From NCBI GenBank assembly GCA_049647085.1, contig JBARXA010000007.1, positions 47,060-111,059 of the forward strand: a DNA stretch of 64,000 nt, given 5' to 3'. The notes beneath the pieces are model-generated. The model had not been told where the DNA came from. It did no database searches and was given only the letters and a program-made list of their open reading frames with translations. Positions within the stretch are counted from its first letter, which is position 1; every line of letters starts with the position of its first letter. Shown here one piece after another: positions 1-9,605 of this stretch. The position numbers and the translations under genes are program-made. The DNA comes from Candidatus Humimicrobiia bacterium (GTDB taxonomy: Bacteria; Actinomycetota; Humimicrobiia; JAHJRV01).

Positions 1-144
1 ATAATTTTAAATAGAACATTTAAGATGCTAAAAGAAAAAGGTTTTGCAGTTTTTACTAACTTTCAAGTTCCAGTAAATGATGGGGGGATTTCACTTGGTC
101 AAGCATTTATTGCTCATCATATTGCAAATACATTGAAAGATTAA
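1..144 (+). CDS. hypF: HypF carbamoyltransferase, C-terminal fragment (5' end lies outside the window)
   Basis: Frame 1 is open from nt 1 to TAA at 142-144. It translates to ...FQVPVNDGGISLGQAFIAHH..., the conserved C-terminal NDGG(I/L)SLGQ motif of HypF. It lies directly upstream of hypCDE. Confidence 0.75.
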   Translation: MILNRTFKMLKEKGFAVFTNFQVPVNDGGISLGQAFIAHHIANTLKD

Positions 145-425
145 TATCTGCTATTAACAAGAAAGGTTCATATTTTTTATTTAAGGAAATGATGATAAAA
201 TCAATTTCTTCTAGTAGGAAAATATTTTATTAGGTAAAAATAAATAAAAATTAAATTATATTGTCATCTTAATTTATTAAAAATACAGTTAATTTATCTA
301 TCTTATTTTTAAAAAATAAATTTATGAATGAATATTTTGATAATTGATAAAAATAAGACTTACAATTAAATATATTTATTAATTCTTATAGTAAAAAAAT
401 CTAAAAATAAATTATTTTAAAAAAC

Positions 426-650
426 ATGTGTTTAGCAGTTCCAACTAAGATAGTAAAAATTGAAAAAGATCAAATAGCCGAGGTTGTTCTCTCAGGAGTA
501 AGAATGAAAGTTAGTTTAGCTTTATTACCTGAAGCAAAACTTGGAGATTATGTATTAGTTCATGTGGGATATGCTATTAATATTTTAAGCGAAGAAGAGG
601 CTAAAGAAACTCTAAAACTTCTTTCAGAGTTAGAGAAGCAAGAAATGTGA
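426..650 (+). CDS. hypC: [NiFe]-hydrogenase maturation chaperone HypC/HupF
   Basis: 74 aa. The N-terminal MCLAVP motif has the essential Cys2. Size and position next to hypD fit. Confidence 0.9.
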   Translation: MCLAVPTKIVKIEKDQIAEVVLSGVRMKVSLALLPEAKLGDYVLVHVGYAINILSEEEAKETLKLLSELEKQEM

Positions 651-721
651 ATTATTCTACCAACATAATAGTAAAGAATTAAGATAAGTTTTAAAAAAGT
701 TTTTCATAACAGGGGTATTTT

Positions 722-1804
722 TTGAGATATATTGAAGAGTTTAGAGACTCAAATTTAGCAAAAAAGATAATATCAAAATTAAAAAAGGTTAAAATTAAAG
801 AAGCAACCTACATGGAAGTTTGTGGAACCCATACCGTAAATGCTTCTAAATTTGGGATAAGACAAGCTTTACCCAAAAATTTAAAGTTGATATCTGGTCC
901 AGGTTGTCCAGTTTGTGTAACAGACAATAGAGAACTTGACATTGCAATTGAGATGTTAAGAGAATATGAAATTACACTTGCTACATTTGGGGACATGATG
1001 AGAGTTCCTTCTTCATACTCATCTTTAGAGAAGGAAAAAGCAGATGGAAAAAACATAAGAGTTATTTACTCACCAATAGACGCACTAAATTTAGCAAAAG
1101 AAAATCCAGAAAAAGATTTTGTTCTATTTGGTGTAGGATTTGAAACCACAACTCCCATGATAGCGCATACTATTAAAGTTGCCAGTAAAAAAAGGATTAA
1201 AAATTTTTATGTATATAGTGTTCATAAATTAATACCTCCAGCATTAAAAGTGCTTGTAAAGGACGAGAATATAAAAATCAATGGCTTCTTATGCCCCGGG
1301 CATGTAAGTGTTATTATTGGTTCTAATCCTTATGAGTTTATAGCAAGGGATTATAAAATTCCATGTGTGATAACAGGGTTTGAACCGCTTGATATCTTGC
1401 AAGGAATTTTAATGTTGGTCATACAAACAAAGGAAAAGGAAGCAAAAGTTGAAATTCAGTATAAAAGAGGAGTCAATAAAGAAGGTAATAAAGTTGCCTT
1501 AGAATTAATTAATGATGTTTTTGATAAATCCGATGCTTTATGGAGAGGATTAGGAATAATTTCACAAAGTGGTCTTGTTATAAAAGAAAAATACTCTCAG
1601 TTTGATGCATTAAAAAAGTTTCCAGTTGATCCACCACCTGTAAAAAAGCACAAAGGATGCAAATGTGGAGATGTCTTAAAAGGTTTAATTATGCCATATA
1701 ACTGCCCTCTTTTTAAAAATGTGTGTAATCCCTTAAATCCAGTCGGACCTTGTATGGTTTCAAGTGAAGGAAGTTGTGCTGCATACTATCATTATGCATC
1801 ATAA
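722..1804 (+). CDS. hypD: [NiFe]-hydrogenase maturation protein HypD
   Basis: 360 aa with a TTG start. Carries the EFRD N-terminal motif, GPGCPVCV, CPGHVS and C-terminal Cys-rich Fe-S motifs (GCKCG...CP...C...C). Confidence 0.95.
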   Translation: MRYIEEFRDSNLAKKIISKLKKVKIKEATYMEVCGTHTVNASKFGIRQALPKNLKLISGPGCPVCVTDNRELDIAIEMLREYEITLATFGDMMRVPSSYSSLEKEKADGKNIRVIYSPIDALNLAKENPEKDFVLFGVGFETTTPMIAHTIKVASKKRIKNFYVYSVHKLIPPALKVLVKDENIKINGFLCPGHVSVIIGSNPYEFIARDYKIPCVITGFEPLDILQGILMLVIQTKEKEAKVEIQYKRGVNKEGNKVALELINDVFDKSDALWRGLGIISQSGLVIKEKYSQFDALKKFPVDPPPVKKHKGCKCGDVLKGLIMPYNCPLFKNVCNPLNPVGPCMVSSEGSCAAYYHYAS

Positions 1805-1944
1805 TTTTTTAAATTTAATTTTCATGCTGGGAAGTCTCCTTGCTAAAGCCGGGAGTAGTTCGCAACAATATGTAATTATTAACTTATTACCTTGACTATA
1901 TATAATATATATAGTTTGGGTAATGATTATACCGGGGGAAATTT

Positions 1945-2157
1945 ATGAAAAATATAAGAGATGTTTTACTAATATTTTTAATAGTATTTTTAATTATAAA
2001 TATTGTCAATAATTGGGAAAAAATAAAAACCAAAGGATTTTTTGTTTTTATTATAAGTGTCACTTACAATCCAGCAGTATTTATTTTATCCATAGTGATA
2101 ATAGCATTGAGCACACTAATAAGATTAAGAGAGCATCAATATAAAACTAAAAAATAA
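1945..2157 (+). CDS. Small hydrophobic hypothetical protein (two predicted TM segments) inserted between hypD and hypE
   Basis: 70-aa ORF preceded by GGGGGA 6 nt upstream of the ATG. Strongly hydrophobic. I recognise no family. Confidence 0.3.
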   Translation: MKNIRDVLLIFLIVFLIINIVNNWEKIKTKGFFVFIISVTYNPAVFILSIVIIALSTLIRLREHQYKTKK

Positions 2158-2326
2158 AATTTAAGAATAGAATTAGAAACGCATTATTATAATAGCAAAT
2201 GATATATTGATAATCATTTTTAAACAAAGATTATTTTTACTAATATTTTTCCATATTTTTTTCAATACCCTATTAGTTATAGAGTAATAATTGTTTAGGA
2301 CATTTAAAATAGAAGAGGAGAAATTT

Positions 2327-3337
2327 ATGAGTGAAGACAGAATAATGATGGCACACGGTAGTGGTGGAAAAATTTCTCATGAACTGATTTCTAAATTTTT
2401 TTTACCAAAATTTGATAATGAGATTTTAAAAAAATTGGATGACTCTGCTGTTTTTAAAATTAAAGGTAATAGATTAGCGTTCTCAACTGATTCTTATGTG
2501 ATAAATCCAATATTTTTTCCTGGTGGAGATATTGGTAAATTAGCAATTTATGGGACCGTAAATGATATTTCAATGAGTGGTGCTATTCCCTTATATCTCA
2601 GCGTAGGATTTGTTTTAGAGGAAGGTTTATTAATAAGTGATTTAGAAATGATATTAAAATCCATGAAGGATGCAGCAAAACAGGCAAAGGTTTTGATAGT
2701 ATGTGGAGATACAAAAGTAGTAGAGAAGGGGAGTGCAGATAAAATTTTTATAAATACATCAGGTATAGGAGTAATAGAAGATAAGGTTAATATATCTGGT
2801 GAAAATGCAAAAGTAGGTGATTTAATTATTTTAAGTGGTAGTGTAGGTGATCATGGAATTGCAGTAATGAGTAAAAGAGGCCAGTTTGAGTTTGAAATAC
2901 AAATAGAAAGTGATTGTGCACCACTTTCTAATTTAGTTCAACATATGCTATCTTATACAAAAAAAATTAATGTTCTAAGGGACCCAACCAGAGGAGGTAT
3001 TGCAGCTATATTAAATGAAATTGCCGAAAAATCCAAAGTATCTCTTGAAATATATGAGGACAAGATACCCATAAAAAAATCTGTTATGGGAGCATGTGAG
3101 TTGTTAGGATTTGATCCATTATATATAGCTAACGAGGGGAAATTAATTACAATAGTTTCAAAAGATGTTGCAAGGGGTCTATTAAATCATATGAGAAAAC
3201 ATCAATTTGCTAAAGATGCAGAAATAATAGGGGAAGTTATAGAAGGTAAAACAGGAAGAGTAACCATGAAAACATTAATAGGATCAACAAGGATTTTAGA
3301 TATGATGATTGGAGAACTCCTCCCCCGCATCTGCTAA
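2327..3337 (+). CDS. hypE: [NiFe]-hydrogenase maturation protein HypE (carbamoyl dehydratase)
   Basis: AIR-synthase-like fold motifs (MAHGSGG, DD..., GDTKV). The diagnostic C-terminal PRIC ends the protein. The likely ATG is at 2327, after a GAGGAG RBS; the ORF track starts earlier, at TTG 2291. Confidence 0.95.
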   Translation: MSEDRIMMAHGSGGKISHELISKFFLPKFDNEILKKLDDSAVFKIKGNRLAFSTDSYVINPIFFPGGDIGKLAIYGTVNDISMSGAIPLYLSVGFVLEEGLLISDLEMILKSMKDAAKQAKVLIVCGDTKVVEKGSADKIFINTSGIGVIEDKVNISGENAKVGDLIILSGSVGDHGIAVMSKRGQFEFEIQIESDCAPLSNLVQHMLSYTKKINVLRDPTRGGIAAILNEIAEKSKVSLEIYEDKIPIKKSVMGACELLGFDPLYIANEGKLITIVSKDVARGLLNHMRKHQFAKDAEIIGEVIEGKTGRVTMKTLIGSTRILDMMIGELLPRIC

Positions 3338-3466
3338 CATGTATATTATAATTTGATTATTTTTCGCTCACAGCAATTACTCCTTGGAGAACGTCTTATC
3401 CGAGTATAATGATAATTTTAAAATGCATACCTTTTTAATAATATAATTTAGAAGGGAAATAAATAA

Positions 3467-4531
3467 ATGAAAAGGGAAAATATAAATTATAAACATAAAG
3501 ATAAGCTAAAGATTAAAGTCATTATTGATTATGATGGGACATTAACCCAGGAAGAAAAACAGGTTGAACAGTTAGCTGAGTTAGCTTTTGATACATTATC
3601 AAAAGAAATTTTAAAAGTTCCAAAAGATAAAATTAGAAGAGATTATCAGGAAACACAGAATAAAATTTTAGCCTCCCCTAACAAATACACCTGGAAAGTA
3701 AATGGACTTTCCGCTTGTTATTGTAATGAAGGAGCTTTTGTCTTAAATACAGTAGCAATACAAGAAATGCTGAACAATAATGAATTTTATAAAAATCTTA
3801 TTAAGAGTGTTTTTACTGGAAAAGAGTATGATTCAATAACTGAGTGTGCAAATTATCTTTTTCATAAAAATAGTGCTTTTATTAAACCCCTATTTAGAGA
3901 TGGAGTTAGAGAAACTTTAATTGAGATGATTAAACATTCTCAAATTCAGCCAATTGTTATGACTAATTCAAAGACGGATAAGGTGAAAAAGCATTTAAAA
4001 ACCCTGGGAATCAATCGTAGAACAGTTAATAGTAGCAAATTAGAAGAAGATTTAAAAAAAGAGAAAATTACTGATATAGATAGTGGTAGTAAGAGTAGTA
4101 GTAAATTTAAACAAGAAGAGATTAGTAAAAAAGATTCTAAATCTAATAAATTTGACTATGAAATTGAAATATTAGGCGATACTCGTCAATATCATATGGA
4201 TCAAAAGTGGGATCATTATTTTAATCATCCAGAGTTTGGTAAAATTCAGATTCTTCCAATTAATAAAAAATTTAAGGTTGATCTTAGGCGCCCAGTTTAT
4301 TATCAGGCACTTTTAAACCAGGCTAAAGATGGTTCAAAAGTTATTACTTTTGGTGATATTTTTTCTTTAGTTGGCTCCGTTCCATTAATGATGGGAATGG
4401 ATTTTATTCTACTCAAAGCCCCTTATGTTCCTGCCTGGAGTGAAGAATTTGTAAGAAAACACCCAAATGGTAAAGTAATCGAAAATGTTAAAGAGTTAAT
4501 TAACGAGCTTGGAAAAATATTAAACTATTAA
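3467..4531 (+). CDS. HAD-superfamily-like hydrolase with a Ser/Lys-rich low-complexity insert (tentative)
   Basis: N-terminal IIDYDGTLT matches HAD motif I (DxDGT). MTNS and GD-containing downstream motifs are present. The insert is ...DIDSGSKSSSKFKQEEISKKDSKSNK... Confidence 0.45.
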   Translation: MKRENINYKHKDKLKIKVIIDYDGTLTQEEKQVEQLAELAFDTLSKEILKVPKDKIRRDYQETQNKILASPNKYTWKVNGLSACYCNEGAFVLNTVAIQEMLNNNEFYKNLIKSVFTGKEYDSITECANYLFHKNSAFIKPLFRDGVRETLIEMIKHSQIQPIVMTNSKTDKVKKHLKTLGINRRTVNSSKLEEDLKKEKITDIDSGSKSSSKFKQEEISKKDSKSNKFDYEIEILGDTRQYHMDQKWDHYFNHPEFGKIQILPINKKFKVDLRRPVYYQALLNQAKDGSKVITFGDIFSLVGSVPLMMGMDFILLKAPYVPAWSEEFVRKHPNGKVIENVKELINELGKILNY

Positions 4532-4736
4532 ATCATTGTATTAATTAAATTAAACAATTTTAAATTAAAAAATCCATATCTTTTAAATGATTTTAATAGA
4601 AATAAACAAAATAAATAATCGAACCTATGTTTGACTTTTTAATGAATCTATAATATATTTTTATTATATTGATAGGGAATCTCTTTTTATAAAGAGATAG
4701 TTTTAAAGAATTTGGATGTTATGGAAAGGATTAAAT

Positions 4737-5129
4737 ATGATTATTACAAGATTAAGTCATGGAAAGGATTTAATTTCAGAAATAAAAAGAGTATGCGAAG
4801 AAAATAAGATTAAAACAGGATGGTTTATTGCAATTGGAGTTTTAAAAAATGTCACTTATGGTTTTTATGATCAAAGTTCAAAGCAATATATAAAAAGCTC
4901 ATTTGATAAAGAGTGTGAGATTACCTCCTGCACAGGAAATGTTTCAATTCTTGATAATAAAATTTTTGTACATGCTCATATAAATTTCGCTGATGAGAAA
5001 GGAGATGTAAAAGGAGGCCATCTTTTCAAAGGAGAAATTTTTGCTGCTGAAATAATAATTTTTAAACACGAGGAAGATTTAATAAGAGAATTTGATGAAG
5101 AAACCAATCTGAAATTATGGAAAAAATAA
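4737..5129 (+). CDS. PPC/DUF296 domain protein
   Basis: Pattern ...EITSCTGNVS...HAHINFAD..G.VKGGHL..GEIFAAEIII is typical of PPC (DUF296) domains. The likely ATG is at 4737, after GGAAAGGA. Confidence 0.6.
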   Translation: MIITRLSHGKDLISEIKRVCEENKIKTGWFIAIGVLKNVTYGFYDQSSKQYIKSSFDKECEITSCTGNVSILDNKIFVHAHINFADEKGDVKGGHLFKGEIFAAEIIIFKHEEDLIREFDEETNLKLWKK

Positions 5130-6499
5130 ATTTATTTGAACAAAAAACAAAGAACAAAAAAGCTTATAAGGTGACGGCCCCTCTTGCGGATAGAATGAGA
5201 CCCGAAGATTTGAATGAGCTATTAGGACAGGATCATATAATTGGAAAAGGAAAAGCACTAAGGAGTGCAATTTTATCTGGAGAGATTGGATCCATAATAT
5301 TATGGGGTCCTCCAGGGTCAGGAAAAACAAGTTTAGCAAAGATAATTGCCAAATATACAGATGCAAATTTTATATCTTTTAGTGCTGTATCATCTGGAGT
5401 TAAAAAGATTAGAGAAGTCATTGAACAGGCAAAATACCTTAGAGATTTTAAAAATAAAAAAACTATACTATTTATTGATGAGATACACAGATTTAATAAA
5501 TCACAACAGGATACATTTCTTCCATATGTTGAGGACGGAACTATTATATTAATAGCAGCAACAACTGAAAATCCCTCATTTGAAATTATCTCTCCATTAC
5601 TTTCAAGATCTAGAGTTTATACTTTAAAATCTTTATCTAAAGATGACCTAAAAATTATAATCAAAAGATCTCTTAAAGACAATGAAAGAGGATTTGGAAA
5701 TCTAAATATTGAAATTGATCCAGAAGTTATTGATTTTATTACACAATTTTCTGATGGAGATGCAAGGGTAGCATTAAATGCTATTGAAACATCTGTTCAA
5801 ACAACAAAACCTATAGGTAAAGAGAGAATAATAAAAATAGATATGAAAAAATTAATTGATGTAATGCAGCATAAACCACTAAGGTATGATAAGGCTGGTA
5901 AAGAACATTATAATCTGATATCAGCACTTCATAAAAGTTTAAGGGGTAGCGACCCAGATGCATCTTTGTATTGGCTCGCAAGAATGTTAGAGGGTGGTGA
6001 GGATCCATTATATATTGCAAGAAGATTAGTAAGATTTGCATCTGAGGATGTAGGAAATGCTGATCCTCAGGCATTACAAGTAACAATTGCAGCAAAGCAA
6101 GCAGTAGAATTTATAGGAATGCCTGAAGCAGATTTGGCTTTATCTCAAGCAGTAACATACATGGCAACAGCTCCAAAAAGCAACTCATTATATAAAGCAT
6201 ATAATTTAGTTAAAGAGGACGTTAAAAATAGTATGACATTACCAGTACCACTTTCTATAAGAAATGCACCAACAAGACTAATGAAAGAGTTAGGTTATGG
6301 TAAAAGCTATAGGTATCCCCACATAGCACCAGAAGCAATTGTTAATCAACAATATTTACCATCAAAGTTAAAAGGGAAAAAATACTATTTTCCAAGTGAT
6401 AGGGGATTTGAAGGAGAAATCAAAAAGAGAATGAAATACTGGGAGAGAATAAAAGAAAATCTAAGTAAGATAGGGGAACAAAATAAAAAGAAATCCTAA
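5117..6499 (+). CDS. rarA: Replication-associated recombination protein A (MgsA/RarA AAA+ ATPase)
   Basis: 460 aa. Walker A LWGPPGSGKTSLA, Walker B LFIDEIHRFNK, the MgsA C-terminal domain motifs (HYNLISALHKSLRGSDPDASLYWLARML, GEDP.YIARRL) and YRYPH are all present. Confidence 0.92.
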   Translation: MEKINLFEQKTKNKKAYKVTAPLADRMRPEDLNELLGQDHIIGKGKALRSAILSGEIGSIILWGPPGSGKTSLAKIIAKYTDANFISFSAVSSGVKKIREVIEQAKYLRDFKNKKTILFIDEIHRFNKSQQDTFLPYVEDGTIILIAATTENPSFEIISPLLSRSRVYTLKSLSKDDLKIIIKRSLKDNERGFGNLNIEIDPEVIDFITQFSDGDARVALNAIETSVQTTKPIGKERIIKIDMKKLIDVMQHKPLRYDKAGKEHYNLISALHKSLRGSDPDASLYWLARMLEGGEDPLYIARRLVRFASEDVGNADPQALQVTIAAKQAVEFIGMPEADLALSQAVTYMATAPKSNSLYKAYNLVKEDVKNSMTLPVPLSIRNAPTRLMKELGYGKSYRYPHIAPEAIVNQQYLPSKLKGKKYYFPSDRGFEGEIKKRMKYWERIKENLSKIGEQNKKKS

Positions 6500-7034
6500 A
6501 ATAAAAAATAAACAGATTAAAAATAAACAACAACAAGTTTATGTATTTCCAATAAATAAAAGATAAGAAGAAGCCTTCAAAAAACTTTTAGATCTTAAAA
6601 TAGATAAGAATGTAGCCGGATCATTAATAAAGAAATATGGTTATAAAAAAGTAAATGCTTATACAAAATATCTAAATTGGAAATTATATAAATGATTTAC
6701 ACCAAAAAATGATTTACACCAAAAGATTTAAAACAATCATTTTTAGTTGATTCAATTGTTGATTCTTATATACTTCCTAAAAATTTTAAGGAAGGTACAT
6801 AGTTAAAAATTAAAAATATGAATAGTGCAAAAAAGTGTTATGAATCAACAAAAGGGGATTATATAATATCAGAAACAATATATCTATATCCATATTGTCC
6901 TTATTGTGAAAAAATTTAAAAAAATATTGATCAATGAAAAATATAAATTTTTAATGTCAGTAGAAAATAAAAATAAATTATAAGTAATATTGTTACTACT
7001 ACGTCAAGATGTTAAATTTTACTACGTGAAAATT

Positions 7035-8242
7035 TTAAATTACAAATTGCTGATATTCTCTTTGATTTAAAAAGCTTTCAATTTGCTTACTTATCTTGTA
7101 ATCTTTATTGTTCTCTGACAATTTAGTTATGTGAATAATATCTTTTTTGTAAAGAATATAAATTCCTTTATCTTCAAATAAAAATACATTTGCTAAACAT
7201 TTAGTAAAAGATATTCTGTATTTAGAAGGAGGAATTAAAATAAGTCTTCCCTTGAATTTAATAGTGTTATCAAAATTAACCTTTCTTTCGTAATTTTTAG
7301 AAAATATTAAATCTAAGTTAACATTAGAAGGCAATTTTTTATATACACTTTCTACACCTTTATATTAACAAATCTTTTGTTGTAATATGGTAGAAATTGT
7401 CTTTCAAGATAAATGTTTGCTTCTGATAGTTTTTAATTCCTTTATTAGTCTGTCTTGAAATGTTCCAAATAATCTTTCAATTCTTCCCTTAGCCTGAGGA
7501 GAGTTTGCTATGATAAGATTTGTGTTTAACTCTGTCAGTGTTTTTTCAATCTGTGTTTCATCTTGTTCACTTGACACATTTACATGTAATCCCTTGTACT
7601 TTGTAGTTTTAAAATGAGATGCCTTATCTACATATAAGCAATAAAAAAAACACTTTCTTTTTAATAGTTTCTTTAACAGCTTTAATATTGTTAAATACAC
7701 TATAAGATGAATAAAACTTAGTAAAAATGTGATTCTTTGATAGCATCATCAATGTTGCTATTAAATGCCACCTTTTCCTAATTGAGGGTATCCAGTAACG
7801 TAAAGATGAATCCACCTGAAATAACATACCTGCCTTAGGCACTCTCCTTCTACGCCCGTATAGTTTCTTTCTATTTTTACTTTATGAAGGTTGTATATTT
7901 AATTAAGATCTTTCTTATAGTCTAATAAAAAAACTTAATATTATGTATTTCTTTTAAATTATCTTTAAAATGGGCAATATTATATTAAAAGCAAAATAGA
8001 TCTCTTTATAATGGTTAGCTCTATTTTTTTAAAGAGGCAGTTTTTTTACGGGGAAACTCTCCTTTAGGTCTAAGTAATCCTTCAAATCCACATTTTAATA
8101 CCTTTTGCTTAAGTATTAATATATGAACATAATTATATACTAAAAGTTGAGCAGTTTCATATCCTTTTATTTGCTTATTTATTAGTTGATGTAAAATCTT
8201 ATACTTTTTGATATCTTTCATTGTAATAATTAGTTTTTTCAT
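7035..8242 (-). pseudogene. Decayed ISNCY-like (rve/DDE integrase-type) transposase, broken into at least 4 frames
   Basis: Consecutive minus-strand ORF fragments cover the gene. 8021-8242 is an HTH N-terminus (MKDIKKYKILHQLINKQI.GYETAQLL). 7624-7842 is a decayed catalytic core (FQVDSS...W). 7404-7700 carries the SPQAKGRIERLFGTFQDRL motif. 7035-7334 is the C-terminal part. Frameshifts and stops separate the fragments. Confidence 0.7.
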
Positions 8243-8375
8243 TAGTAATCACATCTTTTATAAAGGTTTAAATTAAATCCTTACACGTGATTACCTTCTA
8301 ATAAAAATTTAACATTTAGTTTTATTAATTATTCTTAACATTTTGTTATTGTAACAATAAATATTACTGTTAAGA

Positions 8376-8404
8376 TTGACAATATTTCTTTTTTATAGTA
8401 AAAT
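8376..8404 (+). promoter_or_regulatory. Candidate sigma70-type promoter for the GRE locus (TTGACA-17 nt-TAAAAT)
   Basis: TTGACA at 8376-8381, an exact 17-nt spacer, and TAAAAT at 8399-8404. It sits about 145 nt upstream of the first locus gene. A perfect 7-1-7 palindrome TTATTGT-A-ACAATAA lies at 8346-8360. In AT-rich DNA such matches also arise by chance. Confidence 0.35.
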
Positions 8405-8549
8405 TAAAAATAATTGCAATCACTGCTCAAATGTGCAAATAATACACAAAGAAAGTTTCATAATTTATAAAATTTAAATTAAGTATAATAATCTAAAAGA
8501 TCCATTTACAGCGCATTTTTCATTGTTGCTTTCAAAAAAGGAGATTGTA

Positions 8550-9602
8550 TTGTCTTTATTATTTTATGAGGAAATTTTGGATCAACCTAAAGCATTAAAA
8601 ATATTAATAGAATATGTTGAAAATTCTAGTGAAGAGTTTAACAAGAAAATAAAAGAATCTTATAGTGTGAGAAAATTCAGTAAGGTTATTTTTACTGGAA
8701 TGGGTAGTTCTCTATTTGCTTCCATACCTGCCTCAATTTATTTAATAAATAGAGGAGTAAGTTCATATTATATCGATGCTTCAGAGTTATTACATTATAC
8801 TTTCAAGATTCTGGATGAAAAAACATTATTGATTGTTGTTTCTCAATCTGGAGGGACAGTAGAAATAATAAATTTATTAAAAAAGTTAAAGGGAAAGAAT
8901 TTAGAAACATGGTTATTTACTAATAATAAAAATTGTGAGATTGCAAATGATGTAAGTATGTTATTTGACATTCATGCCGGAGAGGAAAGAACTACATCAA
9001 CAAAGACTTATACTAATACAGTCTTGATGTTATATTTTGGTGCTCGTTCCATTTTAGACGATTTGGATGAAAACGTTTTTAAAGAAGGTTATAAGATTAG
9101 TGAATTAATTAGTGATTCGTTAAGTGATTTTAAAAAGAGGTCTTATGATATAGCAAAAGAATTAAATAATAGCCAATATATAAGTTTAATCGGTAGAGGT
9201 CCTTCCTTAAGCACAGCATACCAAGGGGCATTGGTAATTAAAGAAACAATAAAAAAATTTGCTGAGGGAATGAGTGGTGGTCAGTTTAGACATGGCCCTC
9301 TAGAGATTACGGGGAAGGGTCATTTTGCTATAATTTTTGCTCCATCAGGAAAGACATATCGTATTAACAGAAATTTAGCTATGGATATGACAAGAAACGG
9401 TTCAAGCGTTTTATGCATAACAGATGTAAATGATGAATCCAGTAAAAAATTGAGTATATTTAAACTACCTAAAATACCAGAAGATTTAGTTCCGTTGATG
9501 GAGATTATACCTATTGAACTTATTATATTGAATTTTGCAGAAATTAAAGGGATAAATATTGGTGATTTTTCCAAGATATACAAAGTAACCACCACTGAAT
9601 AA
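8550..9602 (+). CDS. Double-SIS-domain sugar-phosphate isomerase/deglycase-like protein (GlmS-isomerase/AgaS/FrlB family)
   Basis: EILDQPKAL N-terminus. The first SIS domain shows GMGSS...VSQSGGT; the second shows GRGPS...A.QGAL.IKE. The likely TTG start is at 8550, 7 nt after AAAAGGAG; the ORF track starts at 8523. Confidence 0.8.
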   Translation: MSLLFYEEILDQPKALKILIEYVENSSEEFNKKIKESYSVRKFSKVIFTGMGSSLFASIPASIYLINRGVSSYYIDASELLHYTFKILDEKTLLIVVSQSGGTVEIINLLKKLKGKNLETWLFTNNKNCEIANDVSMLFDIHAGEERTTSTKTYTNTVLMLYFGARSILDDLDENVFKEGYKISELISDSLSDFKKRSYDIAKELNNSQYISLIGRGPSLSTAYQGALVIKETIKKFAEGMSGGQFRHGPLEITGKGHFAIIFAPSGKTYRINRNLAMDMTRNGSSVLCITDVNDESSKKLSIFKLPKIPEDLVPLMEIIPIELIILNFAEIKGINIGDFSKIYKVTTTE

Positions 9603-9605
9603 GAT

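Noticed and set aside
808-1056. Antisense or overlapping ORFs inside confidently called genes. Examples: 808-1056, 5115-5366, 5233-5421, 5346-5552, 5811-6095, 9320-9613, 16732-17073, 17947-18159, 19122-19673, 20996-21205, 23327-23551, 27503-27727, 29990-30259, 30318-30527, 41014-41235, 46766-46948, 47406-49685 (several), 49815-50024, 50758-51090, 51935-52267, 53015-53287, 54550-54735, 55927-56403 (several), 57877-58319 (two), 61047-61349, 62353-62625
   Set aside because: Each lies within, or opposite, a longer ORF with unambiguous family motifs. Their translations are low-complexity with no recognisable domains, which is typical of shadow ORFs.
1896-1914. Perfect 9-1-9 palindrome CTATATATA-A-TATATATAG between hypD and the small ORF
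   Set aside because: It consists almost entirely of alternating A/T in an AT-rich spacer. Such palindromes arise by chance, and no matching half-sites were seen elsewhere.
3338-3466. Relatively GC-richer spacers after hypD (1805-1870) and hypE (3338-3420), containing CTCC-TT-GGAG-type mini-palindromes, as a shared regulatory element
   Set aside because: The two spacers do not align convincingly with each other or with the dispersed repeat family, and the stems are only 4 bp.
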